Source: Marsupella aquatica
Lineage: Eukaryota; Plantae; Marchantiophyta
Direction of reading: 5' to 3'
DNA: 64,000 nucleotides
Assembly (NCBI GenBank): GCA_973895155.1
Contig: OZ316894.1
Coordinates: forward strand, 3,434,944-3,498,943
In this document: in pieces, positions 35,444-48,280 of the stretch
Layout: each line of letters opens with the position of its first letter
Position numbering within the stretch: the stretch's first letter is position 1
Made by a program: the position numbers and the translations under genes
The notes under the pieces: generated by a model
Database searches by the model: none
What the model was told of the DNA's origin: nothing
What the model saw: only the letters and a program-made list of their open reading frames with translations

Positions 35444-38400
35444 GGATTGGTCGGCAATGGAATACCGGACAATGGAAAACTTTTGAATTCGTCCAAGATG
35501 CTGCAGCTAGTGAATTGAATCAAGTGAAGGCTATCTCTCACCATTCCCATGTGGCCTTTTCCATTGGATGCATGGCCTGGTAGTATTGTATTCACATTCC
35601 AAGCTTTGCACTGTCGCGGATCTTTTCCATAGAATCAATCACATGGAGTTCTCAATGGAAGAAACTAAACTTTCGTTGATTGGAGGGACTCAACATTTTG
35701 ACACTCGAGACAGAACAAAGGCAAAGAGGAAATTCTCCTAACACCGGATTTTACTTTAGTTATGGAGGGAGTAGTAGATGGGCATGGGGCAGTGCAGTCC
35801 AGATAGGCAGACAAGCTCTGAGAAGACGGACATTGATGTGCAATGATAAGGTCTCAGACAGATTGTTTCAGGTCTCGTAATTTTGGTTCTTTCGATTCTT
35901 TTTGAATGGCTATTAATTCCTCCCGATACATTATAAATAAATATTTGCAGTCCACCTCTAAAATGATGATTGCAACTCTGCTCCGTTCATTGATACTGGA
36001 CTTTCTGTTTTCCCTCAAGGTCTGTTTCTTCTGTGCATCTGAGAGAGTGCTATGTCACGAAAACGATTCTGCAAGCTACAATGAGCGATTATATTCTCCC
36101 CTCCTGGTCCAATAGATAGGATGTCCACCCCATGCTGTCAGAGAAGATTTTTATTCTGCAATCAGCCATCCAATATGGGCCCATGTTCTCTCTTTTGTCC
36201 ATTTCACCAATTTTTGGTATGGTCAAAAAGAATGTCCTCCCCAGTTGTCACTTCCACAGCCTCATTAATTGTGGCGAAGTCTCGTAGGACCTAAAGCAGG
36301 TACGTTATCTTGAAAATGGTTTTACCGAGATTCTCGATCCAGAGGCCTCACGGTCAGGGGGTAGATGCATATGGTCTTATCGAACATTACACCCTGCTAC
36401 AAAGGAACAAGGACAGGTTTTATCTCTTAACGATCCAACAAAGTGAAATTTTGCTCCACTTCTGAACGCAAAATGAAGGTCATTAACTTCTTTAAGAGAA
36501 TAAGTCATCTGGTCAGATTTGCGAGAATTGGCTGTCATCGTGACAGCCCAAGAGCGATGGAAACCATTAATTTTGTGGAGGGGAAGCTGCTTTGTAGTGT
36601 TATGCTTTTTTTTAGTGTATTTTGGCCCCACGCTTGTTATTCCCGACAAGAAACCGCATTACGCGCTGGAAGTGTTTATGACCCCAACTTGCACCGCTGG
36701 GCACTCGTGTTTTAGCATTGACTTCAATGTTACGCGCCCTTCTTGGTCCTTATTTCCCCATAATTCAAGGGCCCTACTGGACTCTCCCTGAAGTCCATCT
36801 ACTGTAGGTATTCTTATTCCTCCTCTGATGCAACATTAATCAAGTATTCTATTGCAACTTCCACATTATTCACTGTCTTTCTGATAGAGATTGAGAGTGT
36901 GACAAATTTCAATGGGAACGAGACTGCTTTCCTGAATTGAGGGCCAAATGGAAACAACAGAATTGAAGTCTATGAAAGAAAAGGCTCAATAACAATGCTC
37001 ATGAGAGTAATAGTATCTACGATCACAGACAAAGTAAAATGTGATAACAAAATCACCATATTACACATGTCATTAGCCTGACGTATCTTTCCATTCTTTG
37101 TTTGCCCTTGTATAGACATGGCATGGTAGACTCCAGCACGGAATTACTCCCCTTGAATATGGATGAGAAAAGCTCTTCCTCATTGTGTGATCTGTAACTC
37201 TAATTGGCTTCATGGCGAATCAAGTTGAAAGGTGGCTTGTCGACCACTCAATTAATCTGCTGAAAACTGGAGCTCGAGGGACCTTGCTTGCGTGCATGGT
37301 AAGGAAATCAGAAAATAAGCCTTCAATTTCCGGCATTCAGTTTGAGCTCTCGCAAATTTGGCAAGAACTCGGAGAAAGCTTTTGATGATTCTCTCCTGCA
37401 TAATTATGGTATGACTGTCGGTGGAATATGAAAGCTTCTAGTATCCTGGACGGAGAAAACTATGGTCTCTTCGTCTTCTCAGGAATATGAAGTAAACTTC
37501 ACAAACGGGACAAAGTTGCTCTTCGCTTTGGTTACTTGCATTGAGCAGTGAGTTTGTACTGTTTGCATTGTAAGAAACATGTTGGAGAGGCAGCATCCTA
37601 TGTTTTTGATTTAAAGTCAGCCAAGCTTCCAGTTATCTTTTATTTGAGGTCATTTGTGCCCTTTTTTGCAGTTTACAAAGTGGAAAACGAGGAAGGATTG
37701 AGACTGAGCATCTTATACGTCTTCTCCTCGCAAAGCTTTCATGCCCCTATTTTTCAAGGTAGGAGCTCGACGGTCTTGAGGAAGAGATACAGCAGTGGAG
37801 ATGATTTTGCACAGCCGGTGCGGCTCTCATTCAGATCTCTATACTTATCAAATCTCTATCTATTGGCTAGATGGACAATGTTGTGTAACTCCTGTCTCAA
37901 TCTCTGGACTCTCTTTCAATAGGATGATTACACCGTAGGTTCCAAAGGGCACCAGGTTTGGGGATTCTGGGCTTGAGGGTTTATTTACGGTCTGAGGATT
38001 ATGGATGAAGGGTTTAACGTCTCGGGAGTTTTCTATGAACAGTTTTTGGGAAAGAGATGGTGGAGCTTACTCCACATGCAGTGAGGCTATCGTGCAAATA
38101 TCTAGGTTTTGGCAAGTTTCTTTTATCTCTTGATGTGACTGTGGTACCCATCCGGATTCTGTCCAGAATATTTGATGTGGAGATAGTGGAAACAATTTGT
38201 GATCTGCTGTGAGCCCTCTGCTGAAGGTCCCTCCGTAGGTCTGGCAAGTTTGTTTCTACTGGCTTGTCTTGTGCGGATTCCGTCGATGGCGGAGACAAAT
38301 GTGTTCATGTTATGAGGCCCTACGTAAGATTTCTAGGTTTCGCAAGTGTCCTTTCACTGGCTTGGCATATTATGTTCTGCGATTGTTGTTGAATACCTTA

Positions 38401-38660
38401 GAACGAAGAGATTCAGCAGCAGTTTCAGTAGGTATAGTTCTGAAACTTGCTGGTTTTGTGATGAACTGCAGGTAGGATGATACGCTTCACTCCTCATACT
38501 CAAGCAGAGAGACCTCAACTTCAATCGATAAACCAGCAAGCAGAGCACATCACGAGTAAGAATTTCGGTTTAACGCTGAGGAAATGCACTCCGACTTGAA
38601 CTTAGAGTAGCAGCGACATTTCAAATCCTGCCAATCCATCACTAGCGTTGCTTGGCAGCA

Positions 38661-40105
38661 ATGGACGACGACCGTGACAATTCGTTTCATGAGTTGGATG
38701 GGAGCCGGCTGGAGGGAGGGGGCCAAATATTGCGCAACAGCGTGGCATACAGCGCGTTGCTGAGGAAGGGAATTCGGATCACTAAGATCCGCGCAGGACG
38801 GGATCCGCCTGGTCTGCGTATGCAGCACTTGAAAGGCATCCAGGAGGTCCAGAAACTCTGCAATGGCGATCTCCGAGGCGCCGAGGTGTCATCCACGACC
38901 TTGTCTTTCCTCCCAGGCGAGCTCCGACCCTCCGGTATGGATCTCGTCGTCGACATCCAAACAGCCGGATCCATCACTCTCCTCATACAGACTCTGCTCC
39001 CCGTCCTCCTTTTCCAACCTCCCCCCTCCTTGTCAAGCTCGTTCTTATCATCATCAGTTGGATCAAATTCATCAAATGTATCATCTTCCAAACCTTCCAC
39101 AATTACTATCCTGGGAGGCACAAATGCTACGAACGCGCCGCAGATCGGTATGTATCTGTGCAGGATTCATTTCTAGAATAAACTGCACGTGAGACTTTGT
39201 CACATTTTTTGAATCTTGAGTCAGGTGGTCAGCATGAGGGGCGATTGTAATCCAAGTCCACAATTGCTTGTATCACAGAGTAAGTAAATCTTGATCACAG
39301 TAGCGAAATTGTATACAAAATGGCGCTGCACCTAACCTGAGATTTGTTTCGTGAGGAATAGGTTTTGAGTATGGATGCCTTTTCTTCTGAAATGCCAGAT
39401 TTCTTCACTCACATATTCCTCCCAGTGGCGGAGAGGATGTTTGGCAAGGATAGAGTGCGTGCAACAGTTCTCCAGCGAGGATACTATCCAAAGGGAGCAG
39501 GAAGGGTCCTCCTGGAGGTGACACCCCTCCCACCGGGTAAGTCTCTCAAAGCTATAGATTTGACTGTATTTGGCAGTCTGAGCAGAATTGGGGGCTATAT
39601 CTTCGTTGGGGGTAGCCTTCCACAACACATTGCATGGGATATGCACAAGCAAGTTGTGCAGGATCTCCAGCTCGCAGGAAGTGTGGGCACGGAGAGATTT
39701 CCTGAGCTAGAGAGGGATTTGAGAGTGGTGGCAGAAGAGGCGACTGGGGGAGGCAGTGGATTGGTGATTTGGGCCGAGACGGACACGGGATGTGTACTCG
39801 CAGGCACAGGATTGGGAGAACGGAAAAAGAAGCCAAAGGGCGTTGCGAAGGAGGCGACCGCGATGCTCCTTGAAAACCTGGCAGGTCAGCTGTGCGTGGA
39901 TGAATTCCTCCAGGACCAACTCATCATATACATGGCTCTTGCCAATGGGCGTTCGAGAACTCTCACCGGGCCGCTTAGCCTGCACACTCAGACGACCATG
40001 TGGCTAGCCACAGAGCTCACTGGAGTCACCTTTGATGTTGAAGAAGTCGATGGCCAACGTTTTCTCGTTCAATGTGACGGCATTGGTTTCTCCTCTCCAC
40101 TTTAG
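38661..40105 (+). CDS. RTCA: RNA 3'-terminal phosphate cyclase (class I, RtcA-type), copy 1, 2 exons
   Basis: Exons 38661-39147 and 39399-40105 splice to APQIDFFTH. Motifs DGSRLEGGGQILR, IRAGR..PGLRMQHL, TAGSITL..Q, GGTNA, RGYYPKG, DEFLQDQLII, catalytic SLHTQT. Confidence 0.93.
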
Positions 40106-41067
40106 TCCCAGTTGGCTTGTGCATACAATCGAGTGGGTATGAATGGACTGTCAGTTTCTAAAACTTCCGAATTTCTCAGGAATTTGGTTACCTCCAATCC
40201 ATTCCTAGTCGAACCTTGGCTGCAAGGACGAAAAGCTTGCAAGTATGGTAGCTGTGGCAGAAGCATCACTTTCCAACTGAGCCACGGCAGCAAGCACACA
40301 AAATTTCAAGGTATGGTTGCTGTGGTCTAACTATAAACAGTAGCGGATGGAAGCCCAATGCTTGAAAGAAGAGACCATTTGTCAGTCATCTTCTTGGACC
40401 CTGCTTTTATGGACTAGATATCCATACTTGGGGAAATTCATTTTTTAATACTTGGAGTGCGAGTCCGCGACTTGGTCATCAGCAAATCAATTTCGTGCCC
40501 CTCGTCGTTTGACCTCGTCTCGAATCAGTTGTCCATGGTGCAGCCCAGCTCATCGGCTAAGTATTGCTCCCTTGGAATACGGAAGATAAAAGCTCTTCCA
40601 TGGTTTAGGATCTGTAATTAGCTCGAGAATTAGCGTCACTCGCGATCAAGTTTAAAGGAGCAACTCAATTCATCTGCTGAAAGCTGAAGCTCGAGAGCCT
40701 TTATTCGCCTGGATAGTGAGAAATGTGAACACAGGATTTTATTTTCCAGGGTACTTAAGAGACTCTCGCAAACTTAGCACGCACTTGGAGAAAGCTGTTC
40801 ATGATTAAGTCTCCTGGATAATTCGTGTATTACCTTTCCAAGTAAGTTTGAATGCATCAGTTTATGATGTACGCAAAAAACATTGGTCTCTTCATCTGTC
40901 CTGCGGGTTAGAAAGTAAACTTGACAAGGAGGACAAAGGTGCTCCCTTCTGTGTGGTTTCTTGCGTTGACATTCAATACAAGCGGCATTTCGGATGAAGA
41001 GCGCCCTGTGCTTTTGATTCACAATCAGTAGTGTCGTTACTTCTATCACTGGTGTCGCTTAAAAGCA

Positions 41068-42637
41068 ATGGGAGATGACCGTGACAATTCGCTTCATGAG
41101 TTGGATGGGAGCCGGATGGGAGGAGGGGGCCAAATTTTGCGCAACAGTGCGGTATATAGTGCGCTGCTCAAGAAGGGGATTCGCATCACCAACATCTGCG
41201 CAGGTCGGTATCCGCCGGGTCTGCGCATGCAGCACCTGAAAGGCATCGAGGAGATCCAGAAACTCTGCAATGGCGATCTCCGAGGCGCAGTGGTCTCATC
41301 CCCGACACTTTCTTTACTCCCGGGCGAGCTCCGACCCTCCGGCATGGATCTTGTCGTAGACATCCAAACGGCCGGATCCATCGCTCTCGTCATCCAAATT
41401 CTCCTCCCCGTCCTCCTCTTCCAACCTCCCCCCTCCGCTTCAAGGTCGTCCTCATTACCATCAAATTCATCAAACGCATCTTCCTCAAAAGCATCCACAG
41501 TTACGATCATAGGAGGCACAAATACCACGGACGCACCGCAGATCGGTAGGTTTCTGGCCAGAATTGCTCCATGAGATGAGAAATGCATGTGAAACTAGGA
41601 CCAATTTATTCGTGCGTTGGTATTATCAGCAAACCATGGATTCTTAGGAAAGGGGGGTTGTGGAGTAGTGCCGGGATTTGAGCTTCTCATGAAGAAATGT
41701 AGCTGTAGAGTTACACAGGGAACCCACTTTCTCAGAAATTTGAAACAGAAGTTGAGAGGCAGGTGTATATGTTTAGTGTGGCACAGTTGGTCAACCTATG
41801 AGTAGCGGGTGTAATTCAAGTCCACAAATTCTTGTTTCACAGTCGATACATCATATTTGTACTGAAGAAATGGTACCCAAATTAGTGGTGCATGTGGCCT
41901 GAAGTTGGTTTGATTGGATGCCAGAGTTCTTCGTCCACGTATTCCTCCCAGTCGCCGAGAGGATGTTCGGCAAGGGTAGGGTGAGAGCTACAGTCCTCCA
42001 GCGAGGATACTTACCGAAGGGAGGAGGAAGGGTCCTCCTTGAAGTGACACCCCTCCCATCAGGAGAGTCCCTCGAAGCGATACATTTGACTGAATTGGGC
42101 ACCCTGAGCAGAATTGGGGCCTATATCTTCGTGAGGGGAAGCCTTCCCCAACATGTTGCCTGGGATATGCACAAGCAAGTGGTGCAGGATCTGCAGCTCG
42201 CAGGAAGTGTGGGCAGGGAGAAATTTCCTCAACTAGGGAGGGAATTCAGAGTGGTTGTGGAAGAGGCGAGTGGGGCAGGCAGTGGGTTGGTGATTTGGGC
42301 CGAGACGGAAACGGGATGTGTGCTAGCAGGCACAGGATTGCGAGAAGGGAAAAAGAAGGCAACGAGCGTTGCGAGAGAGGCAACTGAGATTCTCCTTAAG
42401 AATCTGTCAAGTGCCGTGTGTGTGGATGAGTTCCTCCAGGATCAGCTCATCATCTTCATGGCTCTTGCTAAGGGGCGTTCGAGAATTCTCTCCGGACCAC
42501 TTAGTTTGCACACTCAGACTACCATGTGGCTCGCCACAGAGCTCGCGGGAGTCACCTTTGATGTTGAAGAAGTCGAAGGCGATCGTTTTGTCATTCAATG
42601 TGATGGGATTGGTTTCTCCTCTCCACTTTGTCCCTAA
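41068..42637 (+). CDS. RTCA: RNA 3'-terminal phosphate cyclase-like, copy 2 (tandem duplicate), 2 exons
   Basis: Exons 41068-41545 and 41925-42637, same intron position and phase as copy 1. ORF intact, His motif SLHTQT kept, but the EGGGQ Glu and the first IRAGR Arg are changed. Confidence 0.9.
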
Positions 42638-43450
42638 TGGCTTGTGGAGATAAAACAGTTGGTAGGACTGAACTCTCAACATTTAAACCTCTCAATCTCT
42701 CAAGAATTTGGTTGCCTCCACTCCACTCCCCGCCCAGCTGAGCCAAGGCTGCAAGCACATCAGCCTTGCATATATGTGCCCAACTGTCGACTTTACATTG
42801 AGTAGTTATGGTAGCAGTCGAACTTAGCAACGTCATACAAAGGCCTGACAAGAAGCCCAAACTAAGTGTGGACAAACTGGCCCAGCTATACGAGATTCAA
42901 GCTGTTTGACCGATGGACACATTTAGAGCATGGATTTGCGAGAGGACAAAATCTTTTTTGTGTGGATGGTGCTGGATTCCTACAATCAACGTCATAGATC
43001 CTTTATGCTGCTCGGATGTGATAGTTACTATCTTCGCGGATAACCCAGAGAGTTGCCTGGAGGTATTCAGTATGCTCAAAACCAATCTAGAGTCTTGTCA
43101 TTGCATATTTTGATCGATGGGACACTGAAGTTTCGCGGATGAATCGCTCGTTTACTTCTCACTTTACATTATACAGCATCAAACCGAAGCTTTTTTTTGC
43201 ATAACATGAAAAGTCATCTTGTAAACAAAAATTTTGAGCTAAGCAAGCAGGATCTCCGGGACTAAACTAGTCTAACATCCTTGATTGTATGAGGTAACAG
43301 TCAAATTTGACGACTGACTTATGTACTTCAAAGTGTCTGGGTCCTCTGATAGCTAGGTGAGCACTGTGGCGCTGCAAATTTTAATATCTGCATGAATACG
43401 GTGAGATACTCATATGTTGATGACATTGATGCAAATGCTATGGATGTACA

Positions 43451-46441
43451 TCAGGACAAGCTGTCAAACCAGTCAGCTGTTCGCTTGGCCAGATTCCGCA
43501 GATCTGCAAGAGTGGCCAGCCTCACAACCTGAGCCACAGCATCCGCTGGTGTAAACACACTACCGATCTCCCATTGTGGATCCTGCAGATGGATTTCATA
43601 TAAAAGTTAAGCATTGCATTCACAGAACACTGGCTCCCCTCCTCAGTCCAAAACAAATCCGACGAAAGACATTGATCTCAGATTTGCGATGCACAATATC
43701 CAATTTGACGGGTCAAGGCAAAAGTATCCCAGCTTCACTTTACCTGGGCACAAGGTGTCAAATGAGTACCCGTCAATATTAGCTTCTTAGGAGGGCCACC
43801 GAGTGACTCAGATCTAAGCCGAATGGTATTCTCCAGAAGATCAGTCTCATCAATTGGGTCATCTGTGAACTTTATCTGCACATGGTAAGAAGTAAATGAT
43901 ATAGACCATACCGTGATACAGGATATTATAAAAAGACAACACGATGAGTACCTGCTCGACAAGTCATGACCCAAAAGGAACATAAGAATGTGCACCCACT
44001 TGCAACGTCATATCCTATGAGCAAAAAGCACGTGTACATTGTTATGGTATAGACTTAAACAAAAAACTCCAAACCTTAGGTTGATTAACAAACATCGTTT
44101 CCCGATTACTCAGATCATTCTAGTACTTCTTACCAATAAGTTATTTGGAATTGCATATTTGAGGGCTGTCGTTGCTCTGGTTTCTGCGGGCGATGGCGTG
44201 AACTCCGCTACTCCATCAACAACCTGGTGCATGTCAGCATGATCCATATCTAAAATTAGGGAGTCACAAGCTGCATCAACTGAAAAGTACTACAAACTAT
44301 GCTGCCACCACTAGTCTAAGAAGCATACCCTTATGAAGAAATGCTTCGAGGTAAAGTGACAATTGATTCGAACCAAATGAGCAGCAGTACTAAAAATCCT
44401 AAGTTGCTTGTGTTTTGGAGCTAAGAGAATAGTAACCCGTAAATAAGGACATACAGTCGAAGTCGACGGTTCAATAAGACCACACAATTTCTATTCTACA
44501 CGATGGTTTCCATTTTCGAATGAAATCAAGGACTACCTGGCTGAAAACAGCAGGAATTTGTTCAAAGAACTGCTCGGCAGATCGTAGGTCATCATTGCTC
44601 ACTCCAGGGGGTAGAGGAATTGGATTGTTTCGCACTGCCTTGATTGCCTCGGCTACATCACCAACTCAAGCTATGAGCAAGGGCTGGAGATGTTCAAACA
44701 AGTAAAATTTGAAAGATCAAAATCTAGTTTTGGACTCACCAAGGCATCCATGCTTATATCATACAAATTTTATTGACAATTTAGCTCAGCTTACACACCT
44801 GCAAAATCTGCAGCTATATTTGTCAAAGGAGACGATTGTAAGACGGGCACAGCTTGTTTCAGCGTCGGGCTCAGCTGCAATTTCAGTAAAATCCATCACC
44901 TCAGTGATGAGCTGATTATCGGTATGACTGAATTTTGGTTGCTAAAATCTCGGCACGTTATATGAAAAACCATTGTCCGCACTTTAATTTCAAGATATCG
45001 TGTAAAGACTCGATTCTGCTTTTCGATTCAACACGAGAACATGCTGAGTCAAATTACAATGTGATGCAAACTTCAAGACTCATTAACAAGGGAGAAAGAC
45101 AACTGCTGCTGACCTGTTCGAAGAAAGGGACTGCACCTGTCGCAGGCTTGTTGTTGAAAGAAATTATAGCGTTGGCCTGTATCATTGATTAGATAGAACT
45201 GAGTATCATGCCAAAGGTTCGGCACTGTACTTACAGAACTTGACTGGATCTTAGACATATGACATCAAGTTACCTTTGGTAGCTGACCAGGGATGTCTGC
45301 GCAGAGACTGCCTATCAGCACTTGCATTAGAGCTCCATTGCTGCAGCCATTGCGAACGTCAGGTCGACTATATTCGCTCCGTATATTTAATCAAGTATGT
45401 AATTCCCCATAGCCTAAGCTAGTAGATGGAAGGGCTCCATGCAAGTATTGCTGGTCTTCGCCAACGTTTTGAAGCACACAGTAAATAACAGTTCGACCTA
45501 GCTTGGTGAAGCTCACAAAATTGGCAGCAGATATATCACAAACCTGTGTCCCACACTGTATACTGGGAGCTGTGAAAGGTCATCAGGCATCAGGCCCAGT
45601 GAGGGGACCCCATAGTCATATAAAATGCTCAGGGCGTCATTGAACTTCTTATAAATTGTCTGAGCTGATACTGCATGGTCAAATGTAACATTATACGGAG
45701 TGGCCACAATTACAAAGCCTTCCTTAGCCAAGAGCTCCATAAAATAACTGATTCATCCAGCGAAAAACCAAATGTCAATCAGAATAATTCTCTGGTAGAA
45801 TCTCAAATGCAGGATTATAGAGGAGTTCTTTAGATTTCTCCCAAGAAGACGAGTGAAATTTCTTAGACTTAGAAATGACTCCGTCAACAAATTCCTCGAA
45901 AGAAGATCAATAACGCCGTGGAAATGCAAGATCGGATTGAAAACCACAGCATCAGCAACTCTTTGGAGTTTGTGCTGAAGAAACTCATTGATTACCTGTA
46001 GAAAAGATCAGGAGAGGCGCCGATGAAAGCCCCCCCTAAAAATTGGATAATGGCCTTGGGCTTCGTCGACCTTGGGAAAGAGGGAAACACAAGGCAATCG
46101 CCCACTCTCTGGTACCTTCCCTGCAGTGGGCCTGCTGCTCTAAATGCTGCGCCAGGCGCAGCATAAGCAGCTGTAGCAAACCCAGTGCTATTTTCCCGTC
46201 TTCCTCGATTGGAGAAGAGAGCACGTTGTTGTCGAGATTTCCCGTGGAGAAACTCCTGCTGCCCAAAAAATTCAGATAACATAGGGCCCCTGCCTGCTTT
46301 CTGCCATTGAGTACACTGGCGGGTGCCGGATCTGCTGCTCGCTAACAGCGATGGCGCATCCTGCCGCTGCTGCTGCTGCACCAAAGTGGCTGGTAGTTCC
46401 ACTAAACGACCACAACAGAATGGGAGGCAAGACTGCGCCAT
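43451..46441 (-). CDS. DUF1350 family alpha/beta-hydrolase-like protein, probably plastid-targeted, about 9 exons
   Basis: First exon has a transit-like N-terminus then KPKAIIQFLGGAFIGASP. Internal exons ELLAKEGFVIVATPYNVTFDH, SVGH/SNGA, KFTDDPIDETD, GTHLTPC; last exon DPQWEIGSVFTPADAVAQ..WFDSLS* (stop 43451-43453). Internal exon borders approximate. Confidence 0.85.
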
Positions 46442-47339
46442 ATTTCCAATTGAATTTCTACCTTCGCAGTCTTACTCTGCACACAGACGCTCGATAACTA
46501 AGATCTCAGCCGCACTCACAGTCTTTCATCCAAATTCAGTTGGGTTCAATCCATACTTCCGTAGACAGAGACAGATAGCATCGACATTCATTCATTCAAC
46601 AAGAAAGCAAGTGAGTGAGTGAGGGAGCAAACTATCGAGCTCGAATCCATCAGCTTCCTGGAGGGAAATTTCAGTACAGCACCTTGAATTTTGCTAGGAA
46701 CGAGATGAAGCTCACCTGAGATAGAATGCATCCGGTCATTCATGAATAGCATACAGCTGCTTTAGTCACTGCTCGAGTACCCAAGTGTGGGTTTAATATT
46801 CACTGCCTAGACTCCATCGCTTGGTTCAAACGTTTCCACGACAACAGCAGATCTTGAAGGTCGGGTTTCATGGGTAATGGGATCTCAGAAGCAGAGTACT
46901 CCCACTCGAGAGGCCGAGCTCCCAACCTGGCCACCACAACCTGGCCCCTTCCCAAAGGCTAGCCTAGGCAACCATCTCTTTTTGTCCATGTTAAGAAATT
47001 TGCTTATATTGGGTCTCTGGTTGACAAAAACTATGGTAGTCACCAAATACATATGGGGCACCCTATTCATATTGTGTGTCTGGGTTGTTGTATTGAAGCT
47101 TTGATTATCTGTTTTCAGTTTGTTGTGTTTGCACAACATGGTGTTTAAAAATGGGCATTGTGTTTGAATATTTTTTTTGTCATATGATTGACTAATGTAC
47201 CTTTGTGCTCTTTGTAGAACACTTTAGGGTCAAAACTCAAACACAGCATCTAACTCGAATACAAGGCCTACAGTAGACATTGTGTTCAAGCTCAAATGTA
47301 CTTTTTGTCACTAGACCATGGCGCTGTGTTTGGGGAAAG

Positions 47340-48280
47340 ACAGTAGCCTGGGGAGGCAAACTTTTGCATTCTTCTCCATAAAATCCCTGAAAATTACAAC
47401 GAGTATATGGTAACATCCTGGTAAGAGAACATTATGGGACACAACACCCCAAAAATGACGGCCATAGCTCAAGTTTTGAGGGTCTATTATTGCCATAATG
47501 TTCTCATAACAAGGCCTTAATACACTTAAAGACTAAGAGTTTTCTGTTTTTTGTGTTAATAAAGGAGAACTTTAGTAATGCCTCAAGCCAATTATGGACT
47601 AAGCATTCTTCTCCATAAAGCACAAAAAATTACAAGAAAAAACTCATCAAAATCCTGTATAGGACATTGTGCGCCATTGTACCCAAAAGAGAGCTTCAAC
47701 TTAAGTTTGACGGGCTATTATTGGCCACAATGCTCCGGTCACAGGACCTTAATAGACAAAAAGACCTAAAATATTCTTATTTTCACTGATTTTAGTAATA
47801 GCGGAGGAGAGTCTTCATAATGAGTTGGTCCAAATCTTGAACCTGCAAATCACAAAGGGCATTAAGCATACAAGAACTTCCTGGTAAGAAGGCATTTTGT
47901 CCCACAATGGCCCCAAAAAGCTGGCTATAGCTTTGAGGGGCTATTATTGCCCATAATGCCCTCATAACAAGGCATTAATGTACTTCAAGCCCCCAAGAGT
48001 TTTGTATCTTTAGTAAAAGTAGAGGAGAAGGTTAGTAATGCCCCAAGCCAACTCCTTGATGGCATTTTTCTCCATAAACACCATAAATTTCAAAGAAAAG
48101 CAAAACACAAAAGGCATTTAGTATATTGTAAAGTCCTGGCTATAGGGCATTGTGTGCCACAATGCCTTCCAAAATGAGAGCTTTAGCGAGTTTTGAGCCC
48201 GGGGGCTATTTATCAACCAGAATGCTCCAAGAATAGTACCTCAATACACTCAACACCTAGGGTGTTTTAATTTTTACTAG
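47340..48280. repeat. Degenerate tandem repeat, about 230-265 bp unit x4 (AB-AB)
   Basis: Recurring GGG(T)CTATTATTG-like motif at about 47480, 47712, 47938, 48203; CCTGGTAAGA at 47417 and 47880; TTCTCCATAAA at about 47372, 47609, 48068. Confidence 0.75.

Noticed and set aside
39148-39398. U12-type intron in RtcA copy 1 (donor GTATGTATCT)
   Set aside because: The donor does not match GTATCCTT and copy 2 has GTAGGT; treated as U2.
38661-42637. Calling the pair RCL1, or bacterial contamination
   Set aside because: The catalytic His and GGGQILR motif are class I, and both copies have a phase-consistent spliceosomal intron and plant gene neighbours.
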